DNA of 64,000 nt from Octopus vulgaris (lineage: Eukaryota), in assembly GCA_951406725.2 (NCBI GenBank), contig OX597819.1, forward strand, positions 29,884,001 through 29,948,000, in the 5' to 3' direction. The position numbers and the translations under genes were made by a program. The notes beneath the pieces were generated by a model. That model did no database searches. It had not been told where the DNA came from and was given only the letters and a program-made list of their open reading frames with translations. Shown piece after piece: positions 27,300-40,992 of the stretch. Position 1 is the first letter of the stretch, and each line of letters begins with the position of its first letter.

Positions 27300-28022
27300 A
27301 TACATGGTGGTTGTCTACTCCTTATGCAGAGTTTGACCACCTCCTGTACCTACACCTTAGAACCCTCATGACATGTGATGTGGCTTTTTAAACCATACAA
27401 TGTTCTGAAAAGGCACCCACATAGATTGCATATCCGATTTGGACCACCAAGAGCTGCAGATAAGTTCTGATTTTTGTGGATCTTAAAATGTCTTTTAAGG
27501 CCTCCATTAGATTTTCTAACCTTCTGGCATACACTGCATTCAAAGGTGAGCACAGACATATAGGCAGAATAGTTGGTGGAGGTTCGTTTTCCATGGGTTC
27601 ACAAATGAGATTTGAACCCAGCAAAAGAAAGGCATGGTCTGCCACAAACTGTGCACGCAAAAAGGTCATTGTCATTCACCTTCTCGATCGTAACATTTTT
27701 CCTTAGACCTCTTTGTTATCCTGGCCTCTTCAAAAGCTTTCACTCCATTCCACACTTTTGTTCGCCATCCAGCTCGATCCGAAGAAAGGGTTTCTATGTC
27801 TTCTGGATCCATTCCAAGTGACATGAAAATTGACAAAACCAGGAACTTCCAAGGCGTCAGGTTTTATTTCGGAGATTTCCTTCTCCTAGGTAAATTACCA
27901 ACCAAGGTTAAAGAGCTTCTACCTGCTCATAAAATAAGCTATCCCATTCCAGACACCAAACCGACACTCAAACACTCTATAAAGTGATCAAATATCACTC
28001 CGGTGGCCGACGCGGAGTAGCT
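27300..28022 (-). mobile_element. Internally deleted RTE-type LINE: 5' UTR-like segment joined to RT C-terminus, C2H2 fingers and 3' tail
   Basis: SLGMDPEDIETLSSDRAGWRTKVWNGVKAFEEARI; CSVCQKVRKSNGGLKRHFKIH, CNLCGCLFRTLYGLKSH; ends in (TATG)n; CTAGGAGAAGG...CCGA.ATAAAACCTG motif shared with 41668-42218. Confidence 0.7.
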
Positions 28023-28260
28023 CATTCATACATAAAAAGAAAAAAAAGTACGATATGTGATTTGCAAATGTAAATAAGAATTAAATATAAATAATATATA
28101 TAAATATAAAAAAGTTAAAGATATGCAATTTAAAAATATAAAGTAAGATTTATATATAAATAATATGTATATAAAAGTAAAAATTTACATATAAGTATAT
28201 TTTTACTTTATGTATATTTTTTACATACTTACATATGCGACTCAGTGTGTGTGTGTGTGT

Positions 28261-28302
<42 letters not shown>

Positions 28303-28730
28303 AGTGATGGATTCGAGAGTTGCGTTTATTTACGAGTTATTTCTTATTTTCACTGGCGTACTTTCACTGGTGGTACTTGAAAGAAAAAAATTTAAACCGA
28401 ATTTCCCGTTAAGCAAATTTAGTCAAATACTTACAATTAAAAAGCATGGGAAAGCAACGCAAGGTAAGCCACGTTATAATTTGCGAAAAAAAAACTTTAT
28501 CTATGCACAGGGTATGTATCGCCCCTCCGATGCCTTTTAACTCATTATAGATTGTGAAGTTATGACCATGCACGTGGGAAAAATAACGCGAGAAAAACCT
28601 CTGATTTGGATCTTCATCACACGTAAGAGATGTTATGAATGTTAGACTTCTATAATAACATGAGGTCCATGGTCTATTAAAGGATTGCGTGTGAAAATGT
28701 ATATTGCATATTCTTGGAAGTGCATGTGCG

Positions 28731-29140
28731 GGATCTTTTCGGTTTGAAAGGCAGTTTTTAACATAATTTCTTGGTAACTAAAAAATGTTTAACTTCGTAT
28801 ACTGGTAGAATGTATTTATAAAACCTTTTTCTCTTTGCTTTATTGAGAAAATTCTATAGTTTGTAAGATATTTGTTGTTTTTTTCTTCAATTTCTGCAAT
28901 TTCAACCAATCTCTGACGTCTACTGAGGCAAAAAAAAAAGCATTCTGTGTCGTATGAATATGTCCCTCGATTAAGAAACAGATTGGGTTTATTTGCATTT
29001 GTGAAGAAAAAAAAATACCCTAACCCTAACTAACCCTAACCCGAAAACAAATTGAAATGCAATAGATCGATACTAGGGTCATAATTATGGGTGAAAATTT
29101 CATATGACACCGCTAGAAAAAACTGCCGTTCAAACCGAAA
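28731..29140 (+). mobile_element. GG-terminal telomere-repeat MITE, copy 2 (right TIR clipped)
   Basis: Same sequence as 19774-20194; lacks terminal AGATCC. Confidence 0.9.
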
Positions 29141-29687
29141 TTTAAAGCTATATTAAAAAGCCAGCACCTTGTGAAAAGCTTACCCTGATGCTTTTCTTTT
29201 GTGATAATCATGAATCCTGAATACAACCTGAACCTATACCTAGTTCGCAAAATCTATTTCCACGACTGAGTTCAATCCTTAAATTCTCTATGGATTTGAA
29301 ACTATTATATTCTTCAAACTATCATATTTCTTGCATGATTTCCGACCATACTAAAGAGAAGTTTCCCAAGCGAAATGTGAAATTATTTTCTGTGAAACCA
29401 TTGTTTCCTCGATTCTTTAACAATGCTGCCTTACAATGTAAGAATTCTGTGGTAATCCAACCATAACATATTTTAATAATCTTTCTTAATTGTGTTTACA
29501 TAAGTAAATAGCTGCTGTTGAGAAATGGTCTCAAAATTCCATTCACATCAATAGTTCATAATATGAATAAAAATCCAACGCCAGAAATTGACTTTTACTT
29601 TAAATTATCGAACATAGAAAGATAAAACACAAAATTAACTCAAGCTCAGTTTGAACAGCAGCTTTATAACTGCAACGATTTATATCT

Positions 29688-29914
29688 GGCGAGCTGGCAG
29701 AATCGTTAGCACGCCGGGCGAAATGCGTAGCCGTATTTCGTCTGCCGTTACGTTCTGGGTTCAAATTCCGCCGAGGTCGACTTTGCCATTCATCCTTTCG
29801 GGGTCGATAAATTAAGTACCAGTTACGCACTGGGGTCGATGTAATCGGCTTAATCCCTTTGTCTGTCCTTGTTTGTTCCCTCTGTGTTTAACCCCTTGTG
29901 GGTGGTAAAGAAAT
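29688..29914 (+). mobile_element. SINE family A, young near full-length copy
   Basis: GGCGAGCTGGCAGAATCGTTAGC...GGGTTCAAATTCC (B box)...central domain...CCCCTTGTGGGTGGTAAAGAAATA. Confidence 0.9.
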
Positions 29915-30173
29915 ATATATCCGCACTCTGACGTCTCGACCAATCCACCGTCATTGATCTGAAGTAATTCTTAGATATGAAGTGAAAGAGTCCATGAATA
30001 ATCGTAATTTGTTTCGTGTCCCTATCTACTTTACTTTTTTTCATTTGGCGAAAGTAATCTTTTCATCGTTCCATCTTCTTAGCAGTCTTTCAGATACGGT
30101 TTTGTATTTCTCACATTTGTTGTAACAAAGATGCTTCAGAATAACATCGTAACCAGTTACTTTGAATAAGCCC

Positions 30174-30227
<54 letters not shown>

Positions 30228-30495
30228 CAGCAGCAGCAATTATTGTTGTTGCCCCTATTGTTGTTTAGCCACAGGTTAGCACCAATTATGCAGGCGTATC
30301 ATCAAATATATACCAGCCTTGTCCACTCCGTTTCGTTTCCAGTATTTGTGCAAACATGTCAAACATGTTAAGCCATATTTATAAGAACATTAAAAATAAA
30401 CTACCCGACAGAATATACAGACGATAAATACTTAAATTATTGGAGTTTACACTCACTTTGTTAGATATTATACATCATTATACCAAACAGATTGA

Positions 30496-30914
30496 GGATC
30501 TTTTCGGTTTGAACGGCAGTTTTTCTAGAGGTGTCATGTGAAATTGTCACCCAGAATTATGACCCTAGAATCGATCTATTGCATTTCAATCTGTTTTAGG
30601 GTTAGGGTTAGGGGTGGGGGAAGGGTATCTTTTTTTTCATCACAAATGTAAATAAACCCAATCTGTTTCTTAAACGAGGGACATATTCATACGGCACAGA
30701 ATGTTTTTTTTTACCTCAATAGACGTCAGTGATGGTTGAAATTGCAGAAATTGAAGAAAAAAAAACAACAAATATCTTACAAACTATAGAATTTTCTCAA
30801 TAAAGCCAAGAGAAAAAAATGTTTTATAAACACATTCTACCAGTATACGAAGTTTAAAATTTTTTAGTTACCTAGAAATTATGTTAAAAACTGCCGTTCA
30901 AACCGAAAAGATCG
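30496..30914 (-). mobile_element. GG-terminal telomere-repeat MITE, copy 3
   Basis: Both TIRs; 8-bp TSD CAGATTGA at 30488-30495 and 30915-30922. Confidence 0.92.
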
Positions 30915-31194
30915 CAGATTGACCATGGAACAAAAGCAAAAGTAAAGCGGAAGGGTATAAAAGGTGTTATCTTTGGTTTTGCTCAAATGAAGGAAAATAG
31001 AGTATTTCTAGAAATGTATAAAACTGAAATTCGCTTATGTTCTTCTTTGTGGTTTCATGCTGATATACAAATACTGAGGTCGCTCCTAATTAAATCTAAC
31101 TGAATTGCTTCTGTAAGTAACCTTTTTTTCTTTTTGTAAAACCTTTTCACTTTCTTTTCTTTCCTAAAATAATCCAATTCAGCTTTGTCCTTTG

Positions 31195-31430
31195 TCTTTT
31201 ACTTGCTTCAGTCATTAGACTGTGGTCATGCTGGGGCACCGCCTTGAAGAATTTTGAAGTTTTATTCACCCCCAAAGCTTTGCCTTTTTTTTTCTTTAAG
31301 CCTGGAACTTATTCTCTTATGCCGAACCGCTAAACCACAAAAACATAAACACACCAACACCGGTTGTGGGGGACAAACACAGACACAAAGATGCTCAAAC
31401 ACAGTTACACCCACACACACGCATGCATAA

Positions 31431-31468
<38 letters not shown>

Positions 31469-31946
31469 GTACACACACAATAGGTTTCTTTCAGTTTCCA
31501 TGAACCAAATCCATTCATAAGGCTTTGGTCGGCATGAGGTTATAGTAAAGATCCCCTTCGGTCATGAATGACAATGGGTTTGCACCTAGAAAGTTTCTCT
31601 CCGAGGTAAGGTTGTTTATGGAAAACCAGCAGTCGGCCATGTACACCAGCCAAACACCCATCTCTCCACGTCATCGATGTTATCCAAGCGAGGGCCGATA
31701 CAGCTTAGCACCAGTGACTAGATCAACACGAAATAAAGCGTCTTGCTCAAGAACATAACACACAGTCCAGTCCGAGAATCGAACTCACTACCTCATGATT
31801 ATGAGCCCGACGCCCTAACCAGTAAACCATACGCCTTCACAGTTATAGTTATTGCAGAAGACACTTTCCGAAGATGCCACGCAGTGGGACTGAACCCGGA
31901 ACCATGTGGTTGGGAAGCAAGCTTCTTACCACACAATCTCGCCTGC
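31195..31946 (-). mobile_element. SINE family B with a nested family C SINE (~31549-31840)
   Basis: Family B halves are split by a family C copy flanked by GTTATAGT. Confidence 0.8.
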
Positions 31947-32930
31947 GAGATACGTTTATGATTTTATCACCAGCTTTAAGCACAATATCTAAAAGTTTAC
32001 ACTAACTTTTCAACTGCTGGTTAAACCATATACAACTAGTTAAAAACAATAACGAAAAATGCGGGAAGGACACTTCAGATGATGTTGCTTTGATAGGAAT
32101 TACAACAGTGTTTCGTGGTCTGCTACCACAACAGCTCCTTTAGAGGATCCAGTTAGCTCAAAACATCATGAGGAAGAACCACGTACAGTTTCGGCCCCTA
32201 CTCCTCTACCGTTTTGACGTGCCCCACCCCCTTTCAGAGGTGTCTTCAGCTCTGGTGTTGGGTGCATGTCTTCATTCTTCTGTTCCCTGGCCTCTTCGAT
32301 GTATCGTAAGCGAGTGTCAGCCAGTGACTGACTGACTTGTCAAATCTTTCCCCTTTAGATACCTGCTGTTAGGTCCCAGCAGGCAGCCCCAGCAAGTTGT
32401 GACGTGACACTGTATCACCTTAATTGGCTAGTGAAGGCGCGTAGTTTTAGCCCGCGCGTTCTCTAAACGACCGTCACCTGTCAGTCAGCGAAGCTGATTC
32501 AGTGTCAGTTTGTCTCACCTAATGATGTATTTCCCGCCGGCATGTTATGACTTTCAAGCCATTTTCGGTCTTCTCGCTTCAGCTATGGGCGGGGGTGGGG
32601 GGAAGACCTATGTCTTGAAAATTTAGGTGCGATGGACTTGAATCAAAGGCTTTTGATCATAGGTTTGCTTGATCAGAATTGACCAGATTTTAACAACAAT
32701 AACAATACTGATTTGATTTAGCCAACAATTTTGAGAAAGGTAGGTAAGTCGATACTGTCCGCCTCAGCAATACTTAACTAGTATTTTATTCAATCGATGT
32801 CAGAAAGATTGAAAGCAAAGTTGACGCGATAGGATTTGAACTCAAAGCGTTAAGAACCAACGCTTTAACTTTTCCGTCTTACACACTAACGTAATAACAA
32901 TTACAAAAATCTGGAAATCTAAAACAGTGT

Positions 32931-32975
<45 letters not shown>

Positions 32976-32976
<1 letters not shown>

Positions 32977-33035
32977 TTGGACATATTTATAAGTTGTATA
33001 TATATATATATATACAACTTATAAATATGTCCAAT
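32976..33035. repeat. Perfect 60-bp palindrome centred on (TA)9
   Basis: ATTGGACATATTTATAAGTTG-(TA)9-CAACTTATAAATATGTCCAAT. Confidence 0.9.
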
Positions 33036-33180
33036 TTTCGGCATATTTGGCAGTAGACATTTTTCCGTTTGCCCTTATTTATAAGTTGTTTATAATTTAA
33101 CCTTTAAAGGTATTTTCTAATTTTTTTTATATGCTGGCCATTGGTAAAAATTTTTTTGGGGAAATATTTTATCCTACATT

Positions 33181-33654
<474 letters not shown>

Positions 33655-33669
33655 ACACACAGACACACA

Positions 33670-33726
<57 letters not shown>

Positions 33727-33784
33727 ACATATATATATTACAGGTAGAGGTACTTTAGAGTGAATAAAGCGCTGAGCTTATATA

Positions 33785-34197
33785 TTGATTTCAAATTTTT
33801 ACACAAGATCAGCAATTTCGGGGCTAAGTCGATTATATTGACCTCAGCATCCCACTGGTACTTATTTTATCGACCCCGAAAAGATGAAAGGCAAAATCAG
33901 GTGTGTGCGTGTGAGAGGGGAAGAGAGAGAGAGAGTGTGTGTGTATGTGTGTGTGCGTTTGTGTGTGTGTGTGTATGAAGACATTGGTTTCAAAGTTTGG
34001 CACAAGGCCAGCAATTTCAGGGAAGGGGGAAAGTTGACTACATCGGCCCGGTTTTCAATTCGTATTTATTTTATCGACCTGGAAAGGATGAAAGGCAAAG
34101 GTCGTTCTCGGCAGAAATAGAAATCAGGACGTAAAGATGGACGAAATGCTGCCAAGCATTTTGTCCGGCGTGCTAACGATTCTGTTAGATTCCGCCC
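33785..34197 (-). mobile_element. Two SINE family A copies (33785-33900 partial; 33985-34197)
   Basis: Reverse complement of central domain and head. Confidence 0.75.
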
Positions 34198-34736
34198 TGC
34201 AGAGATTATATATTAGCTTAGATTTATCACAAGATTTCAGTACATGTTTCAAGTCGTGATTTGAACTCAGATCATAACTGGTATTATATTCGAGGCTCTT
34301 CCGTTATAAACAGTACTAAGTCATTTTCCGGAGAAGATTTTTCTATTTCCATCCGCCATCAAACAAGCTAGTGATAGAAGTAAATAGCTTGAATACTTTT
34401 TTTCCTAGACTAAATTGACACAAGAGAGTTAAGTGGATTCTGACACATTTACATCTTCCTGTAAGTATCGTTTCAATGCATCATGTTGCATGTGGGTATG
34501 TGTTTGTAGAGTGGGGGTGCTGTGTATCTGTACATGTGTACGTTGTGTGTGTGTGTGTACGTTTAATATAGCATACAGTTATCTTTACTGTGCTAGCTAC
34601 ATGTATGTTTATTAAACGGTCACATGTAAATCTATCGACAAATTCATTTACAAACACGCTCTCCCAGGACTTTTAGGTAATGTGTGTGTGTGTTTGTGTT
34701 TGTGTGTGTGTGCCTGTGTGTGTGTGTGTGTGTGTT

Positions 34737-34786
<50 letters not shown>

Positions 34787-34918
34787 TAGATTGATTGATT
34801 GAGTGTATATTGATAGATGGAAGAATAGACAGATAGATAGACAAATAAATAGATAGATAGATAGACAGACAGACAGATAGACAGACAGACAGATAGATAG
34901 ATAGATAGATAGACAGAC

Positions 34919-34993
<75 letters not shown>

Positions 34994-36556
34994 CTTGCTT
35001 GCACACACACACACACAGACATACATATTAATTCATTATATAAAAAAGAAATTGCTTACTCGTGTATGACTAGCGGATGATTATGATTGTCGCGATTAGC
35101 AGTCGCTATAAGCCGTTCGGCGAAACACGAAATAATTTCAAAATATTACACAAACATTTCTATATATACAAAGTTGAGATCGCAGATGGTTGAGGGGTTA
35201 AAGTACCAAGAAACCATCCGAAGATTAATAGCTCATATCTTCTCACATTATATTAATAGTAAAGACAAATAGCATTAAAATTACCCCAATCTACGTACTG
35301 TGCCGCAAAGCGCAGCCAACTTGCCATTGACTGCAGGGGAACACTTTAAATCTAGCAAGCTGAAATACTGATGCTAAAATATTTTGTACATCAGCCGGCA
35401 AAGGGGTCTTTTGCAATTGCTAGATCTGCTAGAAATAGTATCCAAATCTTCTCTAAAAGGAGCACAAATGGATCTTGTAGTCCCTGTTATATAAAAAAAA
35501 AAAAATGGATGGATGTGGTCATGAATGGAATGCCGTTGATCATTTGTCGACCAGAGCTGACCTGGAGTTAAGCAATAATAACAACGGCATTCTTTGTGTA
35601 ATTTGGTTTGGAGAATTATGGTCGGCTACGGTTGCAAGTGTTACCAGATTCTAGTAGTATGTAGTCAGATATGGAAAAATTTGTTTGTTAATGATTTTAT
35701 TCTAATTTATATGAAGAATCGAGTCCTAATCCAGTTTCATTTCTATGTACTATGCACGTTTGATAATTTCTTTTTCAAATTATTTGATAATTCTTTTTCA
35801 AAATAAAGAGATCCCTTATTCTTTTCCTTTAACAATAGCTTTTCTCTTGATGTGTTGATTGGTTATTTATTTTAAGTCAAAGATAAGAAAGTAAATGATG
35901 GTATTTTATTCTGTACATGATGGCATGAACTTCAATTCGTTTTTAATTTGGGCATTTCATCTGTTGTGTATCAGAAGCACATATCATCCGTTCCTAAAGG
36001 ATAGATTAACTTCATTTAATTTGAAGAACAAAGTGTACCAATCTCATTAACAATGAATTATTTGTCAAATAACCTTTAAATTTCTAATCTGAAATATTGG
36101 ATTCTGCAAATTCCAACAGTATACTACAAAGGCAAATAGTCTTACAAGTGTGTTTTTTTATGACAAAATAAACATTAGACATCTGTGTGTGAAATATTAA
36201 CTTTGTGATGGATACTGATTATTTTACATAAAACTTTTATTAATCATTTTGAAGTGGTAGATTCTTTACGATGTACATACTATATACTGCATTGACGAAT
36301 ATGCAGTATGTACATATACTGTATATATGGAGCATAAAGGCATTTTGTGCGTTTGGTACTTAATTCTATTCACTCAAACATTCCCATATGAAGCAAAACT
36401 AAACAGCGATGCTTTTCTCATAACATTTGATGTTTATAGAATTGTCAATACATTAGTTTATTTCTTATTAGAAGCAAAGCATTACATTATACGTTACTCA
36501 GTGTGATTATTAACATTTTATTTTAATTAATATATTTATTTTTTCAACAAGGTGAA

Positions 36557-36693
36557 AAGGCGTAGGAGTGGCTGTGTGGTAAGTAGCTTGCTTACCATCC
36601 ACATGGCACGTTGGGCAAGTGTCTTCTACAATAGGTTCGGGCCGACCAAAGCCTTTAGTAGACGGAAACTGAAAGAGGCCCGTCGTATATATG

Positions 36694-36754
<61 letters not shown>

Positions 36755-36967
36755 TTATGTGTCTGTGTTTGTTCCCCTAGCATTGCTTGACAACCGATGC
36801 TGGTGTGTTTATGTCCCCGTAACTCAGCGGTTCGGCAAAAGAGACCGATAGAATAAGTACAGGGCTTACAAAGAATAAGTCCCCGGGTCGATTTGCTCGA
36901 CTAAAGGCAGTGCTCCAGCATGGCCGCAGTGAAATGACTGAAACAAGTAAAAGTGTAAGAAAAGAGT
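36557..36967 (+). mobile_element. SINE family B flanked by ~105-bp direct repeats
   Basis: Family B head to tail; flanks 36447-36553 and 36968-37072 are near-identical. Confidence 0.9.
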
Positions 36968-37264
36968 AATACATTAGTTTATTTCTTATTAGAAGCAAAG
37001 CATTACATTATACGTTACTCAGTGTTATTATTATCGTTTTATTTTAATTAATATATTTATTTTCAACAAGGTACAAATTTGTATTTTAGAGGAAGAAAGA
37101 AATGGAATGTTGTGATGGCCCTCTTTTTCCGAGAAGCAAAAGCAATATGAATGAAATAAACTTCATTAACCGCATATAGACACTGGATTCTGACTCAAAC
37201 TGCCGTGATTTGACATCTTGCTCTATACAAAACTGATACAATTGTATTTGTTAACACTATTCTT

Positions 37265-37656
37265 TTATTGTTTTACTTGTTTCAATAATTTAACTGCGAC
37301 TCTGCTGGAGCACCACTTAAAAGGGTCTTTAGTGGAACAAATCTACCCCTAGACTTATTTTTTGTAAGCCTAGTACTTATTCTTTTCCTGAACCACTAAG
37401 TTAAGGGGACATAAACTCACCAATATCGGTTGTCAAGCGATGGTGGGGGTGCAAATGCAGACTCAAAGACACACACACACATAAATATATACACACATTT
37501 ACATATATTTCTTTCAGTTTCCGTCTGCCAAATCCACTCACAAGGCTTTGGTCAGCCCGAGGCTATAGTAGAGGAAACTTGCCCAAGGTGCCATGCAGAA
37601 CCCGGAACCATGTCTTTGGGAAGTAAGCTTCTTATTACACAGCCACTCATGCGCCT
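37265..37656 (-). mobile_element. SINE family B, diverged
   Basis: Reverse complement of the family B head, body and tail. Confidence 0.8.
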
Positions 37657-37886
37657 ATGTAAGTTTCTTTTAACTTATTATGTAAGTTTGATTTTTAAAA
37701 AATGTATCTCAGTTAGAGAAACTCTCAACGAAACTTCGTGAGGCAATGAAATTAAAGAAACCAAAAACAGCCCTAAAGAGGGTAAAGCAATTCATTCTAC
37801 TTTCGAACAGATTTTACTTTTTAATTACTGGTATAAACAATGATTAATTTCCTCGGATTCTGCCGTTTACTTTTTAGAAACTATGG

Positions 37887-38185
37887 GAGGCACATGGCCT
37901 AGTGGTTAGAGCAACGGACTTGCGGTCGAGCGATCGCGGGTTCGAATCTCAGACCGGACGATGTGTGTGTTTATGAGCGAAACATCTAAGCTTCACGCGG
38001 CTCCGGCAGAAGGTAATGGCGAACTTCTGCTGAATCTTTCGCCACAACTTTCTCTCACTCCCTCCTCCTGCATCTTGCAGCTCACCTTCGACGGACCGGC
38101 GTCCCGTCCAGATGGGGAACCTATATGCCAAGAAACCGGGAAACCGGCCCTTATGAGCCAGGCATGGCTCGAGAAGGAACAAAAC
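37887..38185 (+). mobile_element. tRNA(Arg)-like SINE family D (head 2 + tail Y)
   Basis: A box TGGCCTAGTGG, B box GGTTCGAATC; tail GACGGACCGGCGTCCCGTCCAG...GAAACCGGGAAACCGGCCC shared with 48158-48421; A-rich end. Confidence 0.85.
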
Positions 38186-38785
38186 AAAAAAAAAAAAAAC
38201 AACGTATCTCCATTAAGGATATTGCTTTATAACCAGATCACCTCTGACCGCCTCTTTACTCATTGATATACACAGCAAAACAACAGTCATCAACTGTCTT
38301 TATACCAGAGTTGACAAACTCAACATTACGTTTTGTCATTCTGTATGATTGTACCTTTTCTAGAATCATTGCATCTGAAAATATAAATTCCTGAAGGGTC
38401 AGCGCATGTATGAATTGAGGGCTTCAACAAACATCAAACTAATACTAATATCGATCAAAAGCAATTTTTGAAACACCCGCAAATTTACCTTCTCATTCAT
38501 CTTTGACAATACTGATTTCTAACAATTCGCTGTTTATGCTTTCAGACTATCAGTGAAATATGGAAAACGACTATACTTAAACTTCTACGCATATTCTGTG
38601 AAAATGTGGTTGGTTTTGAATTGTCTGTGACATTTGAAAGTAACATAATTGAAGGATGCTAAAAGGTGATAGGTTGCTAGTAGCTGGCTTGGTGCTAGAG
38701 GATTAGACAGAGTATCGTTTTATGACCTACTTCAAGCAAGTACAGGTTAGTTTACACACACAGACACGCACACACACACACACAA

Positions 38786-38838
<53 letters not shown>

Positions 38839-38917
38839 AAAACAATTGAAACATTGAAAGAGACAGTAGAATTTTCCCGCTCCACAGAAAAGGAGAAATG
38901 TAAATGATAAAAGGTAA

Positions 38918-40992
38918 CACTGGGCAACAAAAAAAAATTTTGTCTGGTGCCTGGAATATTTCAACGAATTCTTAAGTGAGTTTGCTTACTAAATTAGAAA
39001 ATAACTACAGTTTTTCTCTATCAGGTTTAGTTTTCTGTCTAGAACTGATAGAGTAAGTATTTTATTCATAAAAGAGGCATATAATATGAATCAATAAAGA
39101 GAGCATAACACAAAACAAAACGAAGTATAAATAAAAATTCGAAATTCAAGATGCGCATTGGCAGAAAATTCGAGGAATAAATTTACGCATCTTTTGTGCA
39201 CCGTGAATGTTGAGCAACAGGAGTATCTCGTTTTAAACACCAGCAATAGTCTGCCATCATTACAGCATCCCAACATCCTTGATACCGAGTTTCCATATTC
39301 TTGATGTCCTGATGGTATCATTCACTTTGTTCCTCTCTAACATCTCGGAGATTTTCAAGAAAACAATCAAGATAACTTAAAAGATAATACATTTTGATGT
39401 TCATATTCGCGCCAATATCACCAAAAATTGATATGAGGGTCTTTATAGTTTCCACTTTTGTATTTCCCAAGAAAATTTTGCACTACTTCTGCAAAGGCTA
39501 GCAAGCCGATGCTTCATTTTCACTCATCGTTTTCACGAAATTTATGTTCTTCAAGAGCTTACAGATCTGTGGTTCATCAAAAATCCCTGCTTTAAGTTTT
39601 TAAGTTTTTCAATCACCCAAGTCCGGAAATACACTGCGGATATACTTGAAGCACTCCTCTTTTTTTTGTCAAGAGCTTTGACGAATTGCTTGATCAATCT
39701 GAGTTTGATGTGCAAAAGGGGGAAAATGATCTTATCTCGCTCAGCTAAAAGGTTCTTACAATATATTGGCAGCTCTACATGGTGCCATATCTGTTCGAGG
39801 CGGCCAGCCTTTCTTAACATATACCAAATACCTGTGCTTTCTTTGCATGTTGGACAGTAGAGACGTCTCTACTGTCCAACATGCAAAGAAAGCACAGGTA
39901 TTTGGTATAACCAGATTGCTGTTCCATGAGAAAATTCATCATCTTTAAGTCAACGCAGATGACCTACTTATGGTCATGATACAGTATCTTCTCTAAAACC
40001 AACTTAATTTCTTCATATTTTTCCTTCAGATTTGTTGAGTGGCCGAGTGGGACAGAGCCATACACATTTCTGTTGTGCAACAATGCACATTTTAAGCTAC
40101 GCTTAGAGCTGTCTATGAGAAGACGCCATTCCTCTGGTTTGTATTCCTTAATGCCAAGTTTATTAAGAAGCCCACTGACATATCTGCAGTAAACCAGCTC
40201 TTCCTCTTTTGTGAAGAAAGAAACGAACTCTTCATACCAAACCCGATAAAATGTTATACGGACATCATTCTCTGGAAGATTCTTTTCTTTCAGTCAGGAA
40301 GCCAACAGTTCTGCAGAATTTTTTGGGAGGTTCAAGTCAAAAACTAGATCATTCAGCTCTACCTGGGAGAGTAGCTGAGATAAAGTCTCAACTGAAAAGT
40401 CTTGATCTTTAGTGTCATCTTCGGGTGATGAATCTTCTTTGGCTGGGGGTAAATTAATCTGAGACAAAGCATTGAAGACAGGAACAGCCCTTCACTGTGT
40501 GGAACTGGTCTAATAGCAGAGGCAAGATTAGGATAGACAAGTGTTTGTTGATTTTTCCGGTTAATACCCTTCAAATTTAGGCTACAAAAATAGCAGTCAT
40601 CCACGTGATTATAGGGCTTCCGCCATACCATCGGTCTGGCAAATCTCATCCTTTTCCTTGTCCCTTAGTCCATTGTTGCAAATGTTCTGTACGTTGTTTG
40701 CAGACACTACGCAGTGTCCAATATTTATCTTGGTCTTCCAGCTTGACCCCAAAATATGCCATATACGCTCTTTCAACAAAGTCAGTGGTATTTGTTTTCG
40801 ATTTTCAAGTAATGTTTATTCTCCACAAACATAACAAAACACATTTGGAGAATTAATGCAACACTTTCTTGAAGAGGATGTCTTGCTCATTTTCTGTTGC
40901 TTAGCTAACTACAACACCTAAAAAGTATGGAAGAAAAAAATTAGAATAAGGTAATGAATACTGCGTACTGGACGTACACACATACAAAGCGA
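38918..40992 (-). mobile_element. Decayed Chapaev3-like (CMC) DNA transposon, one end lost
   Basis: Terminus TAA|CACTGGGCAAC; transposase pieces CINSPNVFCYVCGE, PMVWRKPYNHVDDCYFC, WRLLIDSSKRSLKCALLHN, QQSGYTKYLCFLCMLDSR, PLLHIKLRLIKQFVKALDK. Superfamily assignment is from recalled motifs. Confidence 0.75.
39820..39909. repeat. Perfect 90-bp spacer-less palindrome inside the transposase remnant
   Basis: 45-bp arms TATACCAAATACC...GTAGAGAC|GTCTCTAC...GGTATTTGGTATA, no mismatches. Confidence 0.95.

Noticed and set aside
27995-28024. HDV-like ribozyme at the 5' end of the RTE derivative (minus GCTACTCCGCGTCGGCCACCGG)
   Set aside because: Only a P3/L3-like patch is visible; P1, P2 and P4 could not be assigned.
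35070-35265. Small Helitron (minus-strand TC...CTAG ends)
   Set aside because: No subterminal hairpin, no A|T target at one end, and no second copy in the window.
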